Below the pieces are notes generated by a model, which did no database searches, was not told where the DNA came from, and worked only from the letters and a program-made list of their open reading frames with translations. A program made the translations under genes and the position numbers. From contig CM120642.1 of assembly GCA_051362555.1 (NCBI GenBank), positions 29,946,001 through 30,010,000 of the forward strand: a stretch of 64,000 bases of DNA. Direction: 5' to 3'. Of the stretch, positions 52,594 through 64,000 are shown one piece after another. Numbering within the stretch: position 1 is the stretch's first letter; each line of letters starts with the position of its first letter. The DNA is from Lingula anatina (lineage: Eukaryota > Animalia > Brachiopoda).

Positions 52594-53716
52594 TGTATTT
52601 AATTCAGTTTAAAAAGGAGTTGTTTGAAACGAAATTTTACATATTCAGGAAAACGGGAAGTGACTTTCTCTGTGGAGATGAAAAGTACACGTGTACAAAA
52701 TTCCCGGTCCACATTGTGTCAGGTACCAGTATAAAAACTCTGTATACTTTCAGTGACTTTTACAGAACCAACCTCAACGACAGAACCCAGAAGCGGGTCA
52801 GTTTCAGGAAATTCACTTACATTTACCCCTGGTATTGTAGCTGGTACCGTGACATCAGTGGTGCTGGCACTACTTAACATTATACAGTGTGTGCTGCTTG
52901 TGATTCTGTGGCGGAGAACTAAACGTACTGACAGGTAAAGAACCGTTTTTAAATAACTACTGTATTTTAGAAGTATTGCCTAAAGGAGTTTAGAATTCTA
53001 TGTCCAACGTATTTCATACGTACATTTTATTATTTTATGCTGTCTTATAGCGGTGAGTGGCATATAATGGTAAAGTGTAATTGTGTTTGGTATGAAACAA
53101 AAAAACATATTCTCTTATATTGGTGTTAGAGTGTTTATTGAATCCACCGTTGTATTCAATATAGGTCTGATCAATCAATCAATCCACTCAGTAGGAAAGG
53201 TAAGATTCAAGATATTTTTTCTGGTTTCTAAATTCTATTTCCTAAAATAGTATTCTTCACATGAACGAGGCCTAGTCAATAACTGTTAAAAATATAAGAG
53301 TTTTTAGAAAAGAAAACAATTCAAGCTGTTTTCTGATTATTAAGCCCAACCTACTTCAATATCTTAATTACACGAGTATTTTAAATATCATTTATCAGGA
53401 ACAAGCAACTACAACCGATTTCACATCCAATAAGCAACCCATGGCAAACACAGCTGCTTCCAGGAATTACGGCGACAATTACATGTTTCTTGTCAAAAGC
53501 GAATACATCGATGGATCAGCCACAAGCGACAGCAATGAAGATAGAAATGGTTATCAAGAACTTCGCTCTGCTGAAACGCAATTTAGTGACGAGTATTCAT
53601 ATGCATATGCTTCTGCTGGTGGCAGGAAAGCCAATGTAGAGCCAGGAGAACATGAAAAGAAACATAAGTCAGACGTCTATGAGTTACAACTTATGTATTC
53701 CAATGAATCACAGTAG
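51578..53716 (+). CDS. Receptor C: paralog of receptor B; exons 51578-51644, 51988-52335, 52754-52934, 53165-53199 (frameshifted micro-exon), 53399-53716
   Basis: MSVYHLGLFCLFFIVNHWAPGC | MAWPCGYYAENCSEEEPYAPNPADCTQYYRCAHNKW..C..C..C..C + T/S stalk | TM ..VVLALLNIIQCVLLVILWRR | micro-exon of 35 nt instead of 31 | tail exon intact on its own. Confidence 0.78.
52526..52591. repeat. (TA)n microsatellite
   Basis: Read directly from the sequence. Confidence 0.95.
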
Positions 53717-53909
53717 CCACGCAGGCATTAATAACCTTTATAAGGATTTGATAATGAAAAGTTCAAATAATTTAATGAGACTTGACTTTAAATAACATTT
53801 AAGTGCAGATCTTCTGAAAACTTTTTTTCGGAAAATAGGTATCTCTAGCTTTTACGAATGACAGGCCATGGGTATTATACAACAAGCCCGAGTGTATGGA
53901 TTCGTGTCG

Positions 53910-54725
53910 ACATTCGTTGTCGTTGTACAGTGTGTTATATTTGCAATGGCAAAGAGGGAACAGGACAGCTCTGAGAGGTAATGTGTAATCGGTGAAAAAT
54001 TACAAAAATGCTGTATGTCCAATTAGGATATGTTCACCCTATAGTACTGTAGAAACCTGGGTGTCGCATTAATGTAAAGTGCAGTAAAAACGGACTGTTT
54101 ACTTAAATCACTTTAATTGTCAGAAAGAGATATCTTAAAGCTACAGTGTGTTTTTCCCACTGCAGGTCAGTTCAATCAAATCCAAGAGTAGCACAGGTAA
54201 AGATTTTGTTCTTGATTTTATCATGCTTGAGTAAGGAACTTAAACATGGAAATAACTATGAAGTGGTTGCAATGGTAAAATTATGAGAAAAATAAATGGT
54301 TTTACATATTTATGTCATATTCATGTTATTAATTAAATATTCTTTATCTATGTCCAACTTAGGCATTTTAAATGTAACATATTTATCAGGAACAACGAAG
54401 AACAGCAGATCTCACATCCAGTCAGCAGCCCATGGTAAACACAGGTGCTTCTGTGAGTCACGCCAACAATTACATGTCTCTTGTCAAAAGCGAATACATC
54501 GATGGATCCGCCATGAGCGAGGACAATGACGGTCGACCTGAGTATCTAGAACTTGGCGCTGCTGAGGCCCCATGGGCGCCGTTTGATGACGAGTATTCTT
54601 ATGCATATTATACAGCTGCGGATGACGTGAACCCCGAGGGTGGATCTGAAGAGAAGGACACGAAACAAAACTCGGACGTCTGTGAGATGCAGCACGTTTA
54701 TACGATTGATGTACATAACACGTAA
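53910..54725 (+). CDS. Receptor D remnant or alternative tail module: partial TM exon (~53910-53977), intact 31-nt micro-exon 54166-54196 and intact terminal exon 54390-54725
   Basis: TFVVVVQCVIFAMAKREQDSSER|gta resembles the TM-exon end of B and C; SVQSNPRVAQ micro-exon; tail EQRRTADLTSSQQPMVNTG..NYMSL..EYLEL..EYSYAYY..VYTI. Confidence 0.7.
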
Positions 54726-55334
54726 TCAAGTAGCAGTACCCTAATTCGTCATAGGGTTTGAGAGTGAACCTTACATAAACGACTGCGATTCTTTTGATTT
54801 GTTTAAAAAACACTGCTGAATATAAATATGTAGGTGAGTTATCCTTGCCTCAGTTTTTGGTCAATCATATTCAACAAAGCTGTGGTCAGCAAAAAAATAT
54901 TTAATCAAGTGTATTTAAAATCAGGATTCTACAAAAAGAGAATGGATATTTTGCCATGGCAGTTACTATGAAAATGTTCTGGTCAAGTCTTAGACCTACT
55001 GTAGCCTTAGTTTTAAAGATATATACTATATCAGCGCCTCTATCATCCATGTCTTTTAAATAGCAACATCAGTACCTATACTATTCAGGCATGACGATCT
55101 GCACGGTATGTCGCAAAAAAAAGTTACAAAGCACGCGGTCGTGCTCTGAAGGACATAAATTGATCCCCTTATCGCCCAAAGTAAATAAGCATTGGTATAC
55201 AGTAATACACGCTCAAGTTGCCTGAAACTGTTTTAGAGGAATTTGAATATTCATTTGTATCACCCAGTTTAAAGCAAATGATTTCATGTTGTTTTATCAC
55301 TCATTGTTGTACGCGTTCCATCCTATTTATTATT

Positions 55335-55337
<3 letters not shown>

Positions 55338-55370
<33 letters not shown>

Positions 55371-55500
55371 AGAATATAGGTGCCGCAAACCTGTAAGAAT
55401 GATAGGGCTGTCGGACACATCTGGCTCTTTTTTGTCGGACATATCTGGCCGTATCTGGTCGTAGGACATATCTGGCCTGTCGGACATATCGGGTCGTCAC
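55338..55500. repeat. (GTT)n microsatellite followed by 4 copies of a gtcggacatatctggc motif (probable transposon subterminal repeats)
   Basis: Motif copies near 55410, 55434, 55461 and 55479. Confidence 0.7.
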
Positions 55501-57903
55501 AACTAAACATGTATATATCGTCAAAACAAACTTTTCATCATCTATTGCATTTTGCTGGAAAAGAAGTAACCAAAGTAAATCGTTTCTAGAGATTAATCAT
55601 TTTTTCGCCTATAAGACGCATGGCGTATTGACCTTTTATCAAAAGACTTGATCACGTGGCTGACCCGTCAACACGAGACGACAAAGCTTGATTTTGACTA
55701 GCGGTGTCAGCGTTTCAGTTACTGAGCCGTTCAAAGAGCTTTTATATGAAGTTTAGTTTATTTTGAGACAGCACATTCATTAAAACCAGTTATATAGAGC
55801 ACCGGTTATTTAATGTTTACGTCACTGTGATATCGCTGTAATGTTTTGAGCAACTGTACTTACATATATATTTCAGTAGGGAGACGATATTGTTTGTTGT
55901 AGAGGGGAATGTTTGTCTGCTGAACGCATAAAAGAAAAGTACTAGTGCACACACCGGTAATTAACCAATAAATTTGGGAATCTGATAAAAAATCAACCCT
56001 TGGTCCTGGTAAGGGGTAGGGGTTTTTAAAAGTCCACCGAGCAAGATTTCAAATTTAGATATCAAGAACACTGGATGGGGGAGAGGGGGCTTTTTTTCTG
56101 GTGAAATTTATCGCTCAGTGCCAAGCAACACAGCAACAGGTACACTGTTAGATATCTAAGTCTTATCGAAGGTCACACTGGGGCGTCTCCGTTGTCCATC
56201 GACCTTGGCCACTGCGTTACTTTATCTCTTAGGGCCAAAGAACCACCCAACGAAAATATCAGCAGATACGTTCCCTCTACCAGGGCTGCAGTTATTATTG
56301 TGGACATTTTCTCTCACAGTATGGAGCTGTCAATTTAACCAAAGATATACAGTATCTTAGGGTATATCTAAAGAAAAAAAAACAATCTGTGGCCCTGGTA
56401 AGGGTATTGGATAAACATCAGTTCGAGTTGACGAGCACTAAAGACTACTTCATATGAAAGAACCATGATGCTGCGCTATGGAGATTTTACTATAGCATAA
56501 CATCACCACTGCTCACGTGGCATTGTTTGTGTGTGCGTGAGTAGATTACAAGGCGGATTATACATAAAGTTTGCATCTAAGGGTGCATGTGAACTGTCTT
56601 GAAAACTATAAAATTGGTCCTTTATGAAAGAGCTTTCTTATCCCCCATCCGCAATCCGTTTCTGTAAATAATAAATAATGCTATGTTATATTTGAAGCTC
56701 AATCACCTTATCAAAACGCTTCTTATTTTTAATCAACTTTTTTTACTATATTTAAATTAATTTCTTTCAACGGACTCAGTCGTGTCGACGGTATAAGAGA
56801 CCTAGGGAAACTTAAAGGAATAACTCTGATTTTTTTTTTTTTTTTTTTTTTTTTTTGAAACCAAACACTATCACATTGTTTTTATTCCGTGTATATAAAC
56901 ATACCATTTACTCCCAACACAAGGCTTATATGTACAGAATAGCATATATAGTCCACTACAAAGTGAATGCATAAATAGTTAACGATACAATTACTTGCAG
57001 ACGTGAATACTATTAAAGCACGTTCAATGCACAATAACAGAACTTATAAAAACGATACACATGTAAACATCACACACGTGTTCAAATGTCCCTTTACTTA
57101 TACACGTAGATCAAGTCAGCCCCGGAAAACTAGCATCAATATAAGGCTGCATAAACATTACAAATTCTGTATCTATGGCTTGTCCTCAACAGAGTTTATT
57201 TCCTCCCTGTATCGCACTGTTGGAGTGCTGTTTTCAGGTCGCTCTTTGAGATACATCATGTCTCTGTAGGATACCTAACCTCCAATTTACACTCTTCAAG
57301 GGCTTTGAGGGTACATGTATGTTTATCGAATTCTTTTTTTCTGAACAATTACCAAATATGTCACTAATAGATGTTTTATTATACAAAGCAGTCACTATAT
57401 GCACATTTATCAGATTTTGCTTCTTTTCTTTCTTATTGTGCTGTTTTGTCATCGGGTCTAACGGCAACTTTGATAATATTGTGTTCAGCGTTTGATTTTC
57501 TCATGCCTGAAGTGCGCTCTTGCCTGAAGTGAGCTCTTGCCTCACACCCAACACAATGCCTTTTCTCACCTAACACAATACTGAACATCAACAATGGGAA
57601 CTGTGCATTCTTTACAAAAACATTACTATCAATTGTTTGTAATGGCCTTCCTCTTTTTCAGCCTTTATCAGCATAAATGTACACGAAAACATTTATAAGT
57701 CTGATGACACTGTTGACCACTTTGTCAACATAAAAACTCATGATAAATATACATATGTGATGACAGCGAAGCGCGATGTTCACGTAACTAATGCTTTATG
57801 GTTACTTATAATGATATTCATATACTGTGTGTTCATTACATGTACGTAGCATGACATGAGACAGAAGACAGTTCATTTTACAAAACACATCCCGACTTTA
57901 TCT

Positions 57904-60900
57904 TTATCCGAGTTGCGGATCCACGTTAAAAGACACCTGAGTGTAGACACACCAGTAGATGAGATTAAAAATGGCGAAAATGACCGGGAAAATCACCCGG
58001 GAAATAACATCCAGTTTTTTATTTGGTTTCACTTTATGAAAGCGCTTGCATGAGTCTTTGGGAAGCATACTGCAGTTTGCTTGACATGTTCCGTCGGACT
58101 CACTGGCCCGAGAGGCGAAGGAGAAGCCACGGTTCAATCCCGAGTTTCCGTTACGCTTGGGCGAGCCGGCCTGGGGAGACTGAAATATTGAAAATACAAT
58201 CAAATAATCTTGCGTCGTAGGTATGACATAACGTTCCATCATGGCATGTCTCAATAAAGTTGCGATTTAATTATTTTATCCCTGGCGTGACTCACGATAT
58301 TAATTTGTTTAAGACGTTTGTGAGATTTCAGTAACGATCAGTTCTGGAAAAAAAGGGGGGGTTGCTACTTTTTCGGGGTGAAAATCTATTTTTTGTTGTT
58401 GTTTGGTTGTTCATATGAACATTTGAAATTTGAAAACATTTTGTTTGTCTGTGCAAAGACATTGAGAATCAAAATAACATTAAAACAAGCTTAAGGTTTG
58501 CAAACATACCTGTATTTCACTCTGTGTACACTATTCTTTATGAAGATATAAAACAAACAATAAAAGAACAACAGATAAATATCTTTAAAAAACTATGCAG
58601 AACGTGGTTAAACACCGTAAATAGTACCCAAATAAACACAAACAGAGACTGATACACACCGGAAGCTCTATAGTTTGAGTCACGTGGTTCCTCCTGTACA
58701 AAGTGTGAGCAACTGCAAACTCTAAAAGGGCGGAGAACGTGAAACAAAGACACGTAGCCATCCAGACGTCAATGGCTTTGACGTAGGAAATCTGAAAGTG
58801 AGAAAACAAAGACCGCTGAAAGCAATAGATACATATATAGGTAACCGTTCACCTAGCATAAACCTAATTATATGAATGTAGAAGGAAATGCTGAAATAGT
58901 GAAATGTGCCCAAATTTCTTTTTGGTAATCGATGGACATCGTTTTCAATTATATTTTTCACGCAAGACGAGTAATTTTTTTATCATTCACACTCCATCAT
59001 AAGGAAAGGGAGAGCAATAAATTGCATTGGTGGACAACAGCATCAGCACACAGTCCCAGCAGAAATGGAAAGAAACTATGATGTACGATTCAACTATAAT
59101 CGTCATTCATCACTCCATTAATGCTATAATAGCATCCCTTCTGCGGTATACTGTCTATTTCAACATCTATGCAGATCGATTTTCGGATTCGAGTCGGATA
59201 TGGGGTTACAGTTTCAATTAAGCATTATATTTCAGGGCTTTCAGACGACTTCAAGGCATCGATCTGTCGGGGAAAAAAATATCAAGTTGACGAGATCAGC
59301 CTCCTTTATCATTTTTGAGGACAACGCGAACTGACAAAAGAACCCTCCAGATGCACATGGCGTTTGACGTTTTAATTGAGCGCACTGATTCATGTCCTTT
59401 TACCTTATTTTCGTATCACTGCTTTGCTTAAATTTTCAATTAAAGCGTTCGTTTATTCAGTCCCTAAGGCCTAATTATTGACCGTCCTGCCTAGTTATTC
59501 CTATTTTTATAACGGATTTCTACTTCTTTAACTCCCCCAAGTTAACTAAAAATGGAGTGAATTTCAGACACGGAATTTACCCATTGGAAGCGTCATGATC
59601 TCCACGGCTGAAACGCGACCTTATTTAATCAACGGGTATTAATTCGGAATCTGGTCAAAATCCAGAAAATTATTGCTTTCTTCTGGGACCTTTAGCAGAG
59701 GTTCAGTGCTATCACTACCTATAAACATTCATTCTGCAATTGTATTTCTATGCCCATCAAAATGATTCCGTATGTATATATGCCAATATGCTAACCTTTT
59801 GATATTTTGTTAAAGATACAATGAATGAAGAATTAGGGGTGATATAAATAATTTCCTGAAACGCATACTCTGACTGTAGCCTATATACTAGTATTACACG
59901 TAACAGGACAATATTTCAAGATAAAGAGACGTCGTTCGTGCAGGGAACCAATGCCTTTTCCATACAGTTTTTTCTCGACAGACCCCCTCTCTTCAACAAA
60001 CGTAAAAATAACCAAAAAGTGCTTGTTCTGCAAAGACACACTAAAGGTTTGTTGAACAGGACTTCTTTAAATCGAAATTATGTTTTACCACTGTCTTCAG
60101 AAAACCTGCAGAGAAAGATCCAATTACCATTAAGTGGTAATGGCACGTGCTGGACCTATTCCGCGTCTTACGTTTGACTGAATACAGCTTATGGCTATAT
60201 AGACAATTCCTTCGGGAATGCCCTTACACTTTATCTATATGTACTGAGAATCTTAAATATAATGCGTCTCGACCGCCTCGTGTACTTTATGTGTAGTTAT
60301 AGCTTCTTTTTGGCTGCTAGGTATTGCGGTCCCATCATTAGTTTACCTGGATATCACTTATAGTACGCACAGCCCCAAGATCAAACCGACAACAGGACTA
60401 TGATATATCACCTAGTTAAGAATAAAAAACAATAACGATGCCAATTCTAAGATGCTATCAGCAAATGGTCAATGACCGCAGCGTTATGTGCGTATAATTC
60501 ATAATTACCTTCGGAAGTGTCTGGTTCACTGATGCATTCTGGGTACTCAGGGTCAAGATGGAGAGAACGCCGAGAGAGATCCTGGCGGCCACGGCGTTCA
60601 CGTCCAGCCAGAAGGACACCCAGGACAGAATGACCACCAGGACAGACGGGATGTAGATCTGGCTCAAGTAGTAGCCCAGCTTGCGTTCCAGGGCGAATTT
60701 GACGTACAAACACGCGTAACTACCTGTAAATAAAAACCGAATCAGTTCGCTGTTGTATGCAATTAATATATGTGTGTGGTGCATTTAAAAATGCCATATT
60801 TTGAAAGCGCCAGTGGAATTTATTAAGACCTAGCTTTGTGTGATAAAAACTACTTTCTTTTAAATGCGTCTGATTATGAAGTATTTTTTTCTTATCGATT

Positions 60901-63563
60901 ACATAACGTACGTTAATGCATAATGTATAATGTTTTGATTTCTTATTCATTCACGTGAGTTTTACAATATAGATGTATGGTAAAACATTATTTGGTAGCG
61001 TGGGGTACCTTCAAAAGCAATGAAAAAATGCTTGAAGACATGTACAGCACTTTCTCTGGAACAGGGACGAACAGGCAGAATCGCATGCAGTGAGGAATGC
61101 CAGACGTTATGTATAGACGTGAAAGTCATTTGTAAGACGGGCACTTTTTTGATTGAATAAGGTTAACAGAAACTCCAGTCAATATTTTACAAAATGTAAT
61201 CTGCCAGAACATCTCCACAATAAAGACCCGTGTGTCAAAAACATCAGTTCCTTGCTGATATACGCCCCGGAGAGACACGTACATACCATGCCTTTGTCAT
61301 ATTACCTCAGATTTAATACAAAATCGTCAATATTTACGATATTGCCCTTAGGATAAGGAATCAATACATACATGTAATCGCACCAGATTACTGGTAAAGG
61401 TTGGTTAATCCTGCATGTTTCACTTGCAAACATTTCCCACTAGTGCAAACCGGAGCACCGCTTGACGCAGTCAATGAGAGCGATAAGACGGTGAGCAGCA
61501 TGTATTACGGGAAGATGCCGACCACAGAGCACCTTGGGGTAAAATGTACAACACCGTCTGCCATATTGCATAAGAACATATACAGCACAGATATCCCTTC
61601 TGGGATTGACTTGCACAAAACCATTTAGAAGGGGGAATTTTGAGTATTGTAATACAATCAGGTGGTCAAATTAGATGTTTAATACTTTAATTTCAGTACT
61701 TTTATTTCGAATGTGGATAGTTTGAAAGTACATTCCAATCATAACTTGATAATAACGTAGATTTCTTCATGTGCACTGTGAGTTTCATTTTCTTCTAAAT
61801 AACCTTAACGTGTACTGAAATGCACTTCTTTAATTGGGGTGCAACAGGTCGTATTTTCGATTTTTCTTCCCAAGTAATCACTGCAATTCAAATTAGTGAG
61901 TTTCCTACAACTATTGGCCAAATCAATATAAATTAAAGGTAGCCGGTAGCCTAGTGAATGACTGGGAAGTGTATATTTACTGGGATTTTTTTTTATTATG
62001 CGGTATCGCTTTTGCCAACAACGGTTTGCAAAGTTCGAAACGAAACGTTCTAGGAGGGGGAAGTTTACCAGTAAAATAACCACTGTTGCAGGCGCCGTGC
62101 CGAAGGTCGTCTTTCTTTAAGTCAAACTGCGGAAGCTCCAGATCTTCTTCGATTGTGACTCCGTCTACGTCCTTCCATCGAAACACCAGCTCTTCCATTG
62201 TGTGGGCATCTGGACAGAAATGTTAAGTCTCTATCACAACAGCGTTTCACACAACTGTTTAAATGTACACTTATGGTACATATATATATATCGAAACGTG
62301 TATATATTAAGAGTTTTTCTGACATACAAGTGGGTTCAGTAATAATTATTTGCGGCAATTATTTAGGTTAGATACAAAATCGCTTTACATGTACGCAAAC
62401 ATATCATATCAAAAAATAAATGTGAAATGTGAACACTAGTCTCCCAGCATATTCCGAATACAAATATCAAATATTTCATTGGAACACAGCATTAAGATAA
62501 ACAACTTACAGCTAACAATCTGCAGGTAACAAGTCTGTTTGTCCATGGGGAAACTGTGATAAACCATCTTGCAGGAAGGGTACAGAGTCAGTCTGAAACA
62601 CACGATTTGTCACAGCACCGTTGAAGAATGTCACTAAATGAACTCCATATATTTTTAATGACTGTATTCTTGAGTATTTGTTTGCAATCAGCGACTATTG
62701 TACGAAAAATACTTAAATGCTTTTGTGCATGTCAGTAATCTAAAACCATGAAAATAAATCACGGAAGTTGGGGTATTCGCTTTGACTGTAAGCTGATTAA
62801 TTTATATACTAAGCATGTCAGGCAGCCGTTACAGCATAATGTAAAAGAGAGTAATCACCATTTGACTGAAGATATTGTTGATTTACAAACAAAAACATCG
62901 ACTTTTTAGCCGAAAAGAGAACATTTTTGTTCGTTCACAAGTATCGTAGCGGCAAACAGAATTGACAATATGGTTTCAACAGATAATGAAACAACACGTA
63001 ATCAACGATTAACAGAGCACAATCGGATATCCAGTTAGCTGATATTCAGAACGGAAAATGAAGATGCAGGGGAGATGATAAAACAAACTTTTCATGTGGT
63101 AATAAAACAATTCCTTTGGGAAGTAACTTGTTAGTATATTTGTGAATCAGATGCAGCTGCAAATTACCGCGTTCCTTTGAGAATAATCTGTTGCTGGTTA
63201 TTATTTTGGACTTCGCAAAAATAAGTGACTTAAGTAAGTTTTTCAAATCAGAAAGGGACTTGTTTCATACCCCGGCGTACTGTTGTAATAACGGCAATGG
63301 CATTAGGCTTGACAAACGACAAAATACATGTACTATAGCTGAGGAGCTACGAGACACCTTCTTTCACGTAAGAACATATGTCTCATGAGTCTCAGAGGAA
63401 AAAGAAACGAGCTATCAATTACAGAAAAGATTACTGCACTATAGAAACGATGTTGCCTTTACATGCGTGATAAATCGACATTGTGAGGGTCCCTTTAGAA
63501 TTCCTGTTCAACGCAAAGTAGCCGGCTGTGCTCGTTAGAGGACTTGGCTAAGACATATTTCAC

Positions 63564-63608
<45 letters not shown>

Positions 63609-64000
63609 TTCCATAATATGGAATCTTGGAGGAGCTGTTCTAACATGTCCCGCAGCTTTTTTTACTCTTTTCTGTTGTATGCCAGTGACTGGGCTGGGAA
63701 AAGCTCATTTTCACTTTCATTCTTAAAACCAAACAAGGTCCAGGCCCCAGTTTCACAAAAAAAAACTTCCATGAGAGTGATGTTACACTGCTCCTGATAG
63801 GGTAAGATGTACCCATGTGACCATGTAACCTTGGTAATTAAGTTCCTAGACAGTGGACCTGACTTAAGTTTTTTGTGAAACTGGGACCAGGAGCTGAATA
63901 GAAACCTACTTTTGACTGTAGAACACCTCCCCGTTGGGGTAAACCCTAATCAAGCGGTTGGGCACTGCAATGTCGTGGCCATGAGCTCGTCTGCTGTTCT
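57904..64000 (-). CDS. Cys-loop ligand-gated chloride channel subunit (glycine receptor/GluCl-like), 5'-partial; exons >64000-63910, 62592-62510, 62209-62069, 60723-60509, 58791-58660, (possible micro-exon ending 58510), 58179-57904
   Basis: VPNRLIRVYPNGEVFYSQK | Cys-loop CKMVYHSFPMDKQTC | FRW..LELPQF..C....TG | SYACL..M1 YIPSVLVVILSWVSFW, M2 AVAARISLGVLSILTLSTQ | SYVKAIDVWMATC..ALLEFA (M3) | LDVISRVIFPVIFAIFNLIYW (M4). In-frame GT/AG junctions; the loop-C Cys pair is typical of GlyR/GluCl. Confidence 0.95.
63567..63605. repeat. (CT)n microsatellite
   Basis: Read directly from the sequence. Confidence 0.95.
63740..63891. mobile_element. Small MITE in a Cys-loop receptor intron
   Basis: ccaggccccagtttcacaaaaaa..ctt vs aagttttttgtgaaactgggaccagg (inverted ~24 bp). 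Confidence 0.72.

Noticed and set aside
55380-55589. ORF with GHIW repeats / CRISPR-like short repeats
   Set aside because: Only 4 irregular 16-bp motifs with very short spacers in eukaryotic DNA and no cas genes. More consistent with transposon subterminal repeats.

Overview
AT-rich, intron-containing animal genomic DNA, most likely a marine lophotrochozoan judging by the gene families present (inference). Left to right: two tandem perlucin-like C-type lectin genes (0-3.1 kb); the ParaHox gene Xlox/Pdx (two coding exons at 15833-16307 and 28501-28901, separated by a 12.2 kb intron) with no Gsx or Cdx in the window; an intronless NR1-type nuclear receptor tail-to-tail with Xlox that has an unusual P-box and lacks both charge-clamp residues; a ~21 kb tandem array (34-55 kb) in which single-pass, Thr/Ser-rich, multi-tyrosine-tailed receptor genes (two with an 8-Cys CBM14/peritrophin-like domain) alternate with two near-identical GT31 beta-1,3-glycosyltransferase genes that have lost the DxD motif; and the 3' part of a GlyR/GluCl-like Cys-loop chloride channel on the minus strand. 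Several MITE/Helentron-like insertions are visible, two confirmed by empty sites in the duplicated copy. Exon structures were reconstructed by hand from GT/AG sites and reading-frame continuity; no database searches were run.
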